From assembly GCF_006345805.1 (NCBI RefSeq), contig NC_043000.1, forward strand, positions 47,182,001 through 47,246,000: 64,000 bases of DNA, in the 5' to 3' direction. Shown here piece after piece: positions 12,401 through 26,409 of the stretch. Positions within the stretch are counted from its first letter, which is position 1, and each line of letters opens with the position of its first letter. The notes under the pieces were generated by a model, which did not search any database, was not told the origin of the DNA, and saw only the letters and a list, made by a program, of their open reading frames with translations. The position numbers and the translations under genes are program-made. Source of the stretch: Octopus sinensis. Its lineage: Eukaryota.

Positions 12401-15400
12401 TGTATATCTATATATGTATGTATGATTGCATTTATATGTGTGTGCGTGTGTATGTGTGAGTGTATATGTGTGCTTAACGATGCATCTATATATTACGTAT
12501 ATATGTATGTATACGCATGTTAAGTTTTAAAAATGGATAAAAAGAATTCAGTAAATCACCACTAATTCGGAATATGTAGAAAAGTTTTAATAGCGGAGAT
12601 TACTATTGGAGTTTCGTGGTAAGGTATTGGAAATGAATGCTTGGATAATAAAAGACTATGTATACGTGTGAGTGTATTTGTGTGTGTCTATGTGTACGTA
12701 TATAGTTTTCCACTCATGTGGGTACGTGTGTGTTCGTGTATATGTGTAAATATATATATGTATGAATGTATGAATGTATATTTATTTCTCATTAGGTTTT
12801 AAAAATTTCATGCATTATATATTTACCAATACTTTTCCTGTTTTTCTTTTGCCAAGTTACTGAAAGATAAATATGCAATCTTTCGAACCTGTTAGTTTGT
12901 AGCTATTTGCTTAAACGTATTAATATAACAAATCTCTTGCAGGAAAAATCTTATTCTCTTCAAAACAAAGACAATAAGTTTTATGTCGAAGATATTACAA
13001 TGGCATTCCTTTAGTATAAATGGAAAGATTATAACTAAAAGATACAGATAATATGCTTCATTTCGATTGGTTACCTATTTGATTGCTACCATAGTTTTAC
13101 CAATAACAACAGCAACAATTACAGGACTTCCTGTTCGATTCAAATACAAACTATCTATATGATGATGCATGTTTCAGAAATGTAATATTGTAGGATAGTA
13201 AAAAGTGGACAGTATAGTCAGAAAACATTCAAGTATTGAAGAGAAATGAGGCAATTATTATTTCGTAGATATGCACTGTAATCTCGAGAAATATCGGCTA
13301 ACCATAAAAATCAGTTAAACACAAAAGCTCAGATATCAAATGCGTTGGTCAGTTTAACCATAAAAAATTTGAGTGTTGGAGTTATTATGTGCATGTAAAA
13401 CGATCGAATGGCTGCATTGAAGATGAATAACTTGGCTTGAGTTGATTGCAAGTGCTACACAAAACAAACCTAGCATTAATAACACTTAAGTTGAACTACT
13501 CATTTCAAAGATTTCAAGGTTTCCATTAAACATTCTGTACAGGTATGTTCCATGTAGATTCAAAAGTAGAAGTTGTATATTATTGATGTTGATTAACATA
13601 AAGTAATTTTATAATATCCTGTTATATTGCATCGACTTAATATTTTACTATGTTCATTGCATTCACTAAAATTTCTATTGCTTGCCGGGCTGTCGAAGGC
13701 AAATTTGCCCAGCAGTTGCATGACAATCAAAGACCACTGTGTTTGTCTATAATTTCTTTTTTATCGCTATATGTATGTTGCTAGACATATCGCGTTAGTT
13801 CATTTTCAAGATAAAAAATAAAAGATGCAGTGATGTTACTAATTACTAAAATAAATATACAACATTTCTGTATATATTATTCAAGAGGCATTACACATAA
13901 ACTACTATGAGAACCAAATATTTTAGATTTATCAAGATTATCTATGATGGGAAGCCACCCGTCAGTTCAGCGATGGATATCTCTGTGGGCGTTCGACCTG
14001 CTAAAAGAGTAGCAAAGTCTGCCTCAAACTATATAACGCCATACTAAAAGAGGCAAAAAAGTGAAGTAAGAGTGTGTAAAAATAATAATAATAATACAGT
14101 CCTTGATAAACTCTGCCTGAAAATATACGCTAGACGGTAACGATGAAAATGTCAGTGCCAAAAGTGGGACTAAACAACAACAAAAGCAAAGGAAAAGATT
14201 AGTGTATAAAAACATTGTACTGAAACTTGTTTTCTTTTAATAAGCTCCATGTCCATTCTACCATCATTGTGGTGTGTTGAAATTTGTTGAAGAAAAGTTT
14301 GGTTGGTGATATGAGGCCGATCGAACAAATATATCTAGAACTTTCCTTCTAGTTTCAATAATGTTGCTGATAATACGCTTGTGTTTTTTATGGTCATTTG
14401 TTTTTAGAAATTCTTTATCTTCCGCTTACTTTACATATTTTGTTTGTGAGTATAGTGCTTTCCTTTCTTATTTATTACTAGTGTGCTAATAAAACTTTTA
14501 TTTAATTTATGTCTCGTGTTTGAGTTAAAGGAAAGAAAACATTAATGATGTATTGTAAGCAGCGTATTTGAAATGCAACAACAAAACAGAACAACAACAA
14601 ATAAACGACGAGTCGTACAATGAGGTAGATGGGTTTGTTTTTATATATAGAATATAGATGTACGGATGCGTTAAGCATCTTGAAATATTTCATTTTAGCC
14701 ACATAAAACTGTATTTTATATCTAAACGTTCTTGACATTTATTTCTAAGCAGGGAAAAAGAAAATGGAATACTGGAATATCTTTTACACATTTGTTCTTT
14801 GAGGAAACTATTCTCTGGAAACATTGTCAGACACAGAGATCTATTTCTATGTCTGTAATAATCTAATTAAATATGTGTTGTGGTGGTGCTAAGTTGTTCT
14901 ACTTTACCTCATGCACGAACGTGTAAAACATTCTTCTGAAAGTCTCGTAATTTTTCAATGTCGAACATAACTTTGATATACTCTAGCCAGCTATAAAGCC
15001 TTTTTACGCGGTAGGTTTACCTGCTGAAAATAATAGTTACATCTTTCTCATTGTAACTGTACTCTAAAGCCTAAATTAAGTGACATTGGCTCACATGGTA
15101 ATGAATTCTCTATCGGTATCAACGATGATGATTCAGTTATTCGACCAAATTAACGTTTTACGGATACGTGCACCATTAATACAATTTTCGGTCTGAATTT
15201 GGGCGCCACAGTGTAACAATTGAATTACAATAGAATTTAGACAGTCTGAGGAAGAAGAGAGTAGGGGTAGGTAGAGCGTTATAGGTCGAGAGATTGAAGG
15301 TCAATTATGGAGACAAATAAACATTTTCTTTATGTTTCTCCGTCTCTGTCAAACAAAGTTTAATAGAGACGCATAGACATAAATAAAAACATGTTTGTAT

Positions 15401-16290
15401 AAAACATAAACAGAAAAATATGCTTGTATTAGTGAGAATAAATACAGATTCACTGAGAAGTACATATATAAATATATGTGTGTATATATAAACATATATA
15501 ACATATCCCCGCATACACGAATACACACACACACATATGCACACATATAAATACATTCACACAGAAATAAATGCATACATACATGCATACTGGCACACAC
15601 GCACACACACATATATATTCATATCCATACATATATTAATTTTAAGGTAATAAATATTTTTCATTTGAAAATTAGTATTGATTTCATCCTTTTGTATAAG
15701 CAACAAGAAATTTAATAGACGTAAAATCATAAATATTGTATGTTTGCCATATTTTCTGATATTACCCATGGGGCAAAAATATACTTCTAAAGTTATCTGC
15801 CATGTGATGTGTATATATATATATGCATATATATGTACGCTTATATCTACATATATGTGCGGGGTGTGTGCGTGTGTGTGCATGTATATTCAAGTATATA
15901 TTTGTCGAGTCAGTCTTTTACAACTCTGAATTTGGCCAATAGTTGTACGAGGCCCTCAGACAATTTATGGGTCATAATCTAACAGTGAAGCCACTGAGAA
16001 AATAGCAAAAAAGAAACTGACTGAACTAAAATAAACTGTATTATCAATCTCGACTCTAGGTACTGAGTACTCGTCTTACCGACAGTCAACAAAAACGTAC
16101 ACACACACACTCTCTCTCTCTCCCACACAGTTATAATCACATACACATACACATATATATATATACACACACGTGTGTGTATGTGTGTGTAAGTGTGTGA
16201 CTGTGGGCGTATTTAAAATTCTAAAATATATCGAAGTATATTTGTAGTACAAAAAATTTCTGATATAAAAATCAATATGTTGGGTAGACT

Positions 16291-16630
<340 letters not shown>

Positions 16631-17169
16631 CTACATACATATATTTTCCAGAAATTCGAGGTCTTGCAACTTTGTTATAAAATTACTATTTTCATTTGAA
16701 AATTAAAGGGTTAAGTATTAAATAGATTAAATGTATTTCAGAGAAGAAAAAGGAAAAAAAAAATAGAAAAAAAACAATAATAGTAAAAGAACGATAAATC
16801 AAACGCTCTCAAATGAAATCTAATTGAATATTGACACAATGATCCTATTAATTTATGTCATTGAAAGGCGAAAAAAATACATTTTTAAAAAAATAAGATT
16901 TACAATTATATTGTAATAAATAAAAAAAGAAAATATAATTGGGAAAATCTATGTAAGATAAAGAGAAAATACCAATAAAAAAAATCATATCAGCAAAATT
17001 TCAATATTTGTTTCTATTATGCATATGATTTTATATGAAAAATAGAAGAAAATATCGAAAAGTTTTCTAAAGCAATACTACTAAACAATAGCTTTGAATA
17101 ACAAAACTATCAAAAGAAAAAAAGACTAAACTGTAGATAATTATAGATACACATATGCGTATATATATT

Positions 17170-17242
<73 letters not shown>

Positions 17243-17912
17243 TATATAGTGCTTCTATATGTATGTATGTATGTATTGACGAAATACAGAAATGAATTAA
17301 GACATTGGAAACGGCAAGATTGGCAGTATAGATAAACTGTTGTAATGTGTTTAACACATACAGATGGTAATAAATTTAGAAGTAAACATTCAACAAAAAA
17401 ATTGATTCTAAACACCACCACCGCGTTTGACAGTAGTAAGATAGTCAGCTATTTATTAACACAGAATATTGTATTGTTAACTTACATACAAAAGCAGGCA
17501 GATATACACACATATATGTGTGTGTGTGTGCTTATTGACTCTTACGGTTTATATATTTGAAATTGAAGCTGTTTTGAGTCGTAACTTCGATATGCCTATT
17601 TTTGACGGTTCGTTTAGTTGCTCCAATCTTGAACTTATCTGGTGGTTTAAAGTAGTTGCTCAGAAAAACCAGATAAGTTCGAGGGCCTCAAAGCCATTTC
17701 TGTTTTCATTTATTTGAATAATTCCGTCTTCCTATAGATTTGGTTAGATTACTGCAACTGTCAAAGTGATAAGGTATGTCCTCTTCGGCAAACTGTGCAA
17801 AGTACGATGCTGGACTTACCGATGCATGGTAACATTCTCAGATCCTCTCAGTCTTTTACATGCTATACCAGAATGTGCGAAAGCAGATTCAAGAACCTGG
17901 GCTTAAAGTATA

Positions 17913-18000
17913 ACAGTGGTTCCCAACCCTTTCACTACTAAGGACCCCTTTTATTTAAATAAGTTTTCCAACGGGTCCCTTGTAATATGGTTATCCTTAT
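17913..18000 (+). mobile_element. hAT-type MITE end fragment
   Basis: CAGTGGTTCCCAACC terminus typical of hAT/Charlie-like TIRs; partner end not found. Confidence 0.45.
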
Positions 18001-18098
18001 GTCCATCTATCTATCTATCTACATATATATAATATAATATAATATAATATAATATAAATTTATATGCATATATACATACGTATATGCACATACTTGCA

Positions 18099-18134
<36 letters not shown>

Positions 18135-18136
<2 letters not shown>

Positions 18137-19250
18137 TATGTGGACAGAGGAGGTCACGAAACGTGTACAACACAAAATACGAAGTACGAGTATATGGAAT
18201 GTGAGCTATTTTTTCGAACAATGAAAGATACAAATAAAAAACAAGACAAACAACATAAAGAACGACACTTCATCAGTTGTTGGCTGTTTTTATACTCTCG
18301 TATTTCGAGCATTTAACAACAATATACGCTTTCGACAAAACAGTTGCTCCTGCAAAGCAAATTCAGGACAGTGAAAACAAACAGGAAAGGCTGCTAAGCC
18401 TAAACGAGTCTGTGGTGGCGAAGGCGTAAAGCAAGCTTGGACAAGAGACAGACAAGAACACGCCTTCCTTGATCTAGCTACAAGGGAGAGAAAGAAAGAA
18501 ACACAAGTTAGGAGAAGAAAGATGACCGATGGTCACGTGGGAGCCATCTGAGCAAGGGAGGAAGAGTGAGAGAAAGAGAGAGTGACAGGCAGAGAACTGT
18601 GAAGGGGAAAGGAAAAAGTTGGAGATAAGATAAGGGAGAAAAAACAGGAGGGGGAAGGGGAGCTCCCACGTAACCATCGGCCATCCTTCTCCTATGACAT
18701 AATTGGTACAAAGGAGAGTTAACATAGTTACATGTAAAAGGTTGCAGTAATGCGGTGCCTAGATTCACTCATAATATGAAAGAAAGTGGGGAGAACAAGC
18801 TAGGGACAAATAGAAACGAATAGGAAATGAACAGAACACAGCCACAAGGCCAAAAGAACACGAATGGTGGGTAACGCTTAGAGGGCAATCCTAAAGGATT
18901 AAAGGGACAAAAAGATATGTACCAGTGTAACAGAGAATTTAGGACCGGGCAGCAACGTGACCGGCCTAAAAAGGAAAAAGGAAGAAAGGCTGGCCACGGG
19001 CCAAGTGTCAGCAGCAAGCAGAGGAGAAAGAGGGTGTGAGAGATAGAGTGTGTGTTTGTGTGAGACAGAGATAAAAAGCAGGGAAGGGATGAAGAGGAAA
19101 AAGAGAAGGAAGAAAGGCTAGAAATAGAAGTAAGAGGGCAAGAGAAAGGAAAAAAAGAGAAGAGACGAAGAGAGGAAAAAAGAGAAAGAGGAAATGCTAG
19201 AAATAGAATCGAACGGATATCAAAATAATTTACCATTAATAAAAACCAGG
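18135..19250 (+). repeat. Unclassified interspersed repeat (arm related to 19760-20085) plus purine-rich interior
   Basis: gacacttcatcagttgttggctg...tttcgagcatt...cagttgctcc shared with 19855-19940; gaccgatggtcacgtgggagc resembles 20228-20250. Confidence 0.55.
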
Positions 19251-19665
19251 GTGCGTTGCATTCCGTTACTTAATAGGTGAAAAATGTATAGTAAATGCAC
19301 AAACGAAAAATAAAAATATATATAACGTATATTGAGTGCACAATCGGATGGAAGACGGACACAGAAGGTCCTTGATTCTTCATCAGGTATCAATTAGATG
19401 TCATTACTCAGTTTGCACCATTAATGATAAGACTTAGATGATTCCCAAGCTGGTGGTGACAGTGAACGTTGTGGAGAATATAGGGCCAATAGTAAGCAAT
19501 ACATGGATAACAAGCGATGCAGAAGTGGACATACGAAAGTGAATACATGTAATTTAAGACGATTGACAAAGGCAAAGACGAAATAAATAAGAAACGGACA
19601 GAATATAGCCTCAGGGTCAAAAGAACACTTATACGTATAAGTGTATATGCGTGTATGTGTGCATA

Positions 19666-19709
<44 letters not shown>

Positions 19710-19759
19710 TAATATATATCTATATATATATATATATATAGACACTCACACACATGCAT

Positions 19760-20852
19760 ATATGAGTACAGGGCGTCACAAACGGTGCAAATAACATGAA
19801 ATATGTAAATAAGGAGAAAACAATGAAAAACAGGACAAATTAACACAGAGGAAAGACACTTCATCATTTGTCGGCTGTCAATCAACTCTTCATTTCGAGC
19901 ATTCCATGACAATATGAGTCTTCAGAGACAGTTGTTCCCATAAATTCCAAGATAAAATATAGGATTTATGGAGGGTCAAAGTTGGGAACAAAAAAATTAC
20001 AGTGGAGACATACAAGGAAACCAAACGAAAAAATAAACATGAAGGGTCGTTAGACCAAAACGAAAGGAAAATAGTGAACGCTGGGAGAAATATTTTGTGT
20101 TTTTGAAAAGAGAAAACACAGAAAAGAGAGAGAGGGAGACAGAGAGAGAGACAGAGAGAGAGAGACAAGTCCACCCGTTTAAACGTCCGTGCAGGAGGAG
20201 CAAGATTGTCACATGATGAAAAGAACGACGGACGATGGCCACGTGCGAGCAACAAGAAAGGGAGAAAGAAAAGAGAAAGAGGGGAGAGATGGGAACATAT
20301 AGAAAAGGGTGAAAGAGGGAAGAAGAGGAAAAGGGAATTAGAGAAAGATCGAGGAAGAAAACAGTATAGAGAGTGGCATGAAAAAGGTGAAGATTGATAA
20401 ACTTACTTGGAAATGGATATATAGCATTCAATTGAATACTATATATATATATATATATACTTCCATATATGGGTACAGGACGTCATCAACGAAGCAAATA
20501 TCATGAAATACGTAAACAAACTTCTATCTTTTCTCTTTCCACCATCCATTATTTTCCTCTCGTTCTGGTCTAACGACTTTCCATATTTGCTTTCGTTCGG
20601 TTTCCTTGTATGTCTCCACTGTCATTTTTTGTTCCCAACTTTGACCTTCCATAAATTTTAAACTTTATTCTAGAATTTGAGGGAGCAACTGCCATTTAAG
20701 ACTCATATTGTCGTTCAATGCTCGAAATGAGGAGTAGATAGACAGCCGACAACTGATGAAGTGTTGTTCTTTCTCTGTGTTAATTGTCCAATTTCTATTT
20801 TTCTCGTTGTTTGCGTATTTCATGTTATTTGCACCACTGTTGACGTCCTGTA

Positions 20853-20859
<7 letters not shown>
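19760..20859. repeat. Fold-back element with ~330-bp imperfect inverted arms
   Basis: Arm 19760-~20085 (atatgagtacagggcgtca...) is inverted at ~20525-20859 (...tgacgtcctgtactcatat); flanked by (TA)n. Confidence 0.85.
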
Positions 20860-20891
<32 letters not shown>

Positions 20892-20954
20892 TATTATTTA
20901 ATTGAATGCGACCGCCTCCATTTCAAGTATATATACATGCACCACACACGCATA

Positions 20955-21003
<49 letters not shown>

Positions 21004-21129
21004 ATATATATATTAGATAGATAGATAGATTAGAGATAGATAGATAGATAGAATACCTTTGTATTTGTTTGGCACCCCCGTTTTGGTTTCTTGAAGTCCC
21101 TCTATTTTAGTGGTTTGTAAAAATGATTC

Positions 21130-21240
21130 AGGTTGATTAAATACCAGCCTTATTGAAATAAGTACTAGGATCGATGTGTTTGACAAAACCCTTAAAGGCG
21201 GTGCTCCAGTATGGCCGAGATCACGTGACTAAAATAAGAG
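21130..21240 (+). mobile_element. SINE family B 3' fragment
   Basis: aataagtact...aaggcggtgctccagtatggccg tail motif. Confidence 0.7.
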
Positions 21241-21904
21241 CTTAATATTTCATTGTTGTAGCGTGTTGTATGTACCCACAAACACACGCGCGCGCACACA
21301 CGCAAGCATACGCACACATAGACACATTAAAAATTTCTATACGCACACTAATAAAAACAGATTTAGTTATAAAACAGATTCACACAACGGCATGGAAGCG
21401 TACAAACGTATAAGTACACATGCCTGCATATGAAGATGGATAGAACAATACATACCGACCTACATACATACATACATTCATACATGAAAACATAATTGAT
21501 GCGTATGTTTAACATTCAACGAAGGAGCCTTGTTTCTGTGCTGGAGACTGAATCTTTCACTAGTGGGAGGACTTTCAAAACTAAAAACAAAGGAATACAC
21601 AAGGAGGTATTTAGATTAATACCCATTGTTTTATGTAAGTTAAAATATCTACGCGTAAAGAAGTGCCATAAAATCCGCTATCAATAATTTTACAAGCTAC
21701 TGACTACCTATGATTAGAACATGAAAACTGAACAATGATTTGACAAAGAAACATTAAACAAATCTAAAGAAAGCTGTTATTTGTGTTGCCAAACAGTCGG
21801 GATTTGTTAATGGTCTCAATTTCTGCGGCAAAGGAAATAAGCAAATGTGCATACTTTTCCAATATATAGCTATATTGCGAGATGTGACTGTCAAGTTATC
21901 AAAT

Positions 21905-22690
<786 letters not shown>

Positions 22691-24149
22691 CCTTTTGAAT
22701 ATTCTTTGAAAACATGGGAACGCTTAGAAGAATTGGTGATGGATATGGTAAGTTTACTGTTTCAAATTAACCGAAAGGAACCTAATTGGAAAATATCTGA
22801 AAAAGCGAACTTATTATAAAAGACAAAAGTAGCATAGAATTGTGTTTTTTAATGCAACAAACACGCACATGGCTCTGTTTTTTTCCTCTCTCCTACACTC
22901 ACACTCATTGTCGTATGAGGTATTTTTTTCCGTTAATTTGGAACAAAAAATTTTTTAAAAAGTTTATTGACGTTCTCATCTGATGACCTATAAGTCTAAA
23001 TAATAAAATTTCCGTTGGCACTCTTAGCAGCAATCACATTGGCCTCGTTACTGTAAAAACGGCGTCGAACACACGCCAACATCATTACATTCAGAAAATG
23101 AGCGCGTGAATATATTGAAATGCGGATGATGAATTTTGGAACCTTCCTGTTTCAAATTAACTGAAAGGAACTCATACAAAAATAAATAAAACTTTCTAAA
23201 ATATATATGTATATAAAACTAGAAAATTGTATTTTTTCTATGTAACCGAAACTCATATATAAACTTGTATGCATGTGAATGCATGAAAATTAAATACGCA
23301 CACAAGCGATCGTACATAATGTTATACATTTCATAGCTTCTGGTTACTGAACAAAGTTCGTGCCATTTAACACATCGAAGAAAAGCGAATGTTGATCCAA
23401 AGAGAAAACCCATTGAAACCTTGTCTTGAAACGAAAATTATAAAAAGTAAAGGAAAAACTGTTGTTCAAAAAAAAAAGTAAGAAAGAAAGTAATAAAAAA
23501 GTAAGAAAGAAAGAAAACTTGCATATAGTTGTTTTAAGCATGTAGCTTGGAATAATAGTTTCAAAATGTCAGTTGAGATGGGTAAACACTCAATGGTGTA
23601 TCTGCATTGTATAGCAATACATACGTCGGTGCCGTCTGCTATGTTTCTTAAGGCAGTCACATTTAGTTGACGGTAAGATACTTCATGAAATATTTCATAT
23701 AGTTTTATTCCTTTTAATTTTTTTATCCGTATGATGTTCGTTCTATATGTTTTGTTTGTTATTGGATTCAATATAATTATATACATATTCAAAAGATAAC
23801 GCTAATTAAATGTTGTTTTTTTGTAAATATGTACGTGGTTTTCATTTTTTTTCTTTGGTTTTCTCTCACCATATTTTGCTTTCTCAAAACATTTCCAGTT
23901 CTATTTAAATTACTATTGAACAATTGTCTCTTGAATGATTAAAAAAACAATATGTTTTTTGTTTTGTTTGTTTCCTAGAGGACTCATTAAACCTTTAACA
24001 ATAATGATACATTGATTTTATTTTCTACACACAAATCTATTTCTTTTGTGTAATTTTAATGGAAAATAAACCAATGCATTGTTTTCCTTGTGTGTCTTCT
24101 TAACAAGTTAATTGAAATCTCTAATTGTTGGTAATCAATTTACGCATTT

Positions 24150-24720
24150 TCTGATTCAGAAGCAAATACACAGCTGGCCAAGTTGACAAGACTTTAGGCT
24201 ACCAACCAAAGCTTTTACAGTTTGAGATGTCAAAAGTACTTCTTCAAAATCATTTGCAGCTAAATTACCCCAAGCTACACCTCAGTGTCAAAGATCTAAC
24301 ACATATAGTTATTTAACTTGCTAGAAATAGCAGCAAGTCACCATCAATTGAAGAACACCAAATTCACGAGAGAGCGTATATTTGGCGCTTAATCTTATTA
24401 GAAATAACAGTCAAATCTCCTCCAAATTTCATTCTATTTTATTAAATTTTGGAAAGATACCTAACAAACAATATATGTCGTGACTCAAATTGCTAAAAAT
24501 AGCAGCCAATCTCCATTAGATTATAGTTTATTGCCATAAAAATTCAAACAATATGTATGAATCTTATATAGCGTCTGTGAAGATACTCAACGTTCTAGAA
24601 AGAACAGCTGATCTTCCTCAAATCATAGTCTACTTTACTAGAACGGGAAGGACATTATCTAGTGTTTTTTAATATCTTATGAAACAGTAAGCTAGAATTT
24701 AAGCGTGATGGGACTGTTAT
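24150..24720 (+). repeat. Old interspersed repeat family E, several degenerate tandem sub-units
   Basis: Recurring tgctagaaatagcagc/aacagc..aaatctcc motif; relatives at ~13960, ~25750, 28556(-), ~43630, ~58250(-). Confidence 0.5.
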
Positions 24721-26228
24721 TTCTAGTTAATAAACCATCATGTATATGATCCCTTATTAGCACCCATGTCCTTCTCATTCAAAAGTAGACTGATATTTGA
24801 GGAAGAACAGCTGCTTTTTCTAATGTGTGGAGTAACCACATTGACGCCATATACGATTCATGTCGCTAACATTTTGTCTATTTTTCTAAGTTCACAAAAC
24901 TGGAAGACTAGACCAGATGTTAGCAATTGGAAAGATTTGGTTAGATGTGAGAGCGTAGCTGAACAACATTCTTCACGTTTTCATTGGACCATTGTAAGTG
25001 TGATGCAACTCTCTATTCTCGGCCAAGACTTTTATCGCCATAAAATGATTCAGCACAGAAGACATGTATCTTGGTATGGTATGGTATGAAATAAGGTTAC
25101 GACAAGCATTTTGGTTGAGCACTATCACCACAGTAGTGAAACAGGTTTATCTTCAGTTATTTTGATCGTTTCTTCTAGTCAGTGAGTTTGTGAAGCATAC
25201 AGCCATAAATATGCCAACTGCCGGAAACAGTACACCGAAGACAGGCGCCTAACGGATCAGGACCTGGTCGATATTATTACGCTCCTAGAAGTCCAGAAGA
25301 GTTAGGTTCAGTGCTCCAATAAATGACAAACAGAGTAGGTGAAGAAGTAACGTAGTAGATCTGAGGATGGGATTTACGGAAGGCAGTGGGGTGCAGGCCA
25401 TGGGCAAGGGGAGATGCAAATCCTTGTGAATCAAAAACCTGTTGAAAACGTGTGTGTGAGTGTGTTTAGCCATATGCGTGTGTATACCCATATGTATGTG
25501 CGTGCTTATGTGCGTGTGTGTGTGTGTGTCTATATGTCTGTTTGCCATAGTCTTCTATCTTATTTACAGGATAGTTTACTCCAATAAATCTCACAGTGGA
25601 AAACTACGCTCATGTAGACACCGTATATACATATATATTATGAAGCATCATACGATTCTAACTTATTACAATAGCTGTGCTGTGTCAATAACCAATGTAT
25701 TTTAACTCACTGTTACGCCGAGCTGACGAGGAATGATCCAAACAGTCGGATAACTTGCTAGAAATAAAGCTCAATCTAATCCAAATCATAACTCAAACTA
25801 CCTTAAAATAAGAAAGTACACTCTCGGTAATATCGTCAGAACACAAACGGGCGTGATAGTGATGAGTGTAACAACTCTAATTATAGGTTTGCTCTAACAA
25901 TGTTGACTTGAGACTGAACAACAATAATTATGAAGAACTAATCCATTTTAACACCACTACATGGCAATTGGGTCTTTGCTAAGACTTAGAAACACGGAAT
26001 GATTTAGGAGTATTAAATTTTTAAATCCTAATTCTGAATTAACGAGATATAAGAGGTTAAGCCCCATTTTTGCGTATTCCTCTCAAAGAGTTTGGAAACT
26101 AGAACTACCTACTGCTCTATTGCAATAACGTGAAGTTATGAATAAATATCTATAAAATGATATGAAAAAGTTAAAAAATAATGATTATTGTTTCTGATCT
26201 TTCAGACACAAGGCCAGCAATTCATAAA

Positions 26229-26404
26229 TCTTTTTACCTGAAATTGTGTGATAAGCTACAAAAGCCAAACACACAATTCCACCTCATCATATTGATAATA
26301 AAAAAAACTGTTTGGGAACATGAATATCAAAAATTGACTTTCTTCTAGTATATTATTAATATTTATCATACCGACTTCAGAAATCGAATAGCAAATATCT
26401 TTAG
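26229..26404 (+). repeat. Direct repeat, copy 1 (copy 2 at 28762-28961)
   Basis: tctttttacctgaaattgtgtgataagctaca...gcaaatatctttag, highly similar in both copies. Confidence 0.85.
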
Positions 26405-26409
26405 TTATC

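Noticed and set aside
24891-24993. Plus-strand exon candidate SQNWKTRPDVSNWKDLVRCESVAEQHSSRFHWTI with GTAAGT donor
   Set aside because: No homology recognised and no phase-compatible neighbour established; insufficient support
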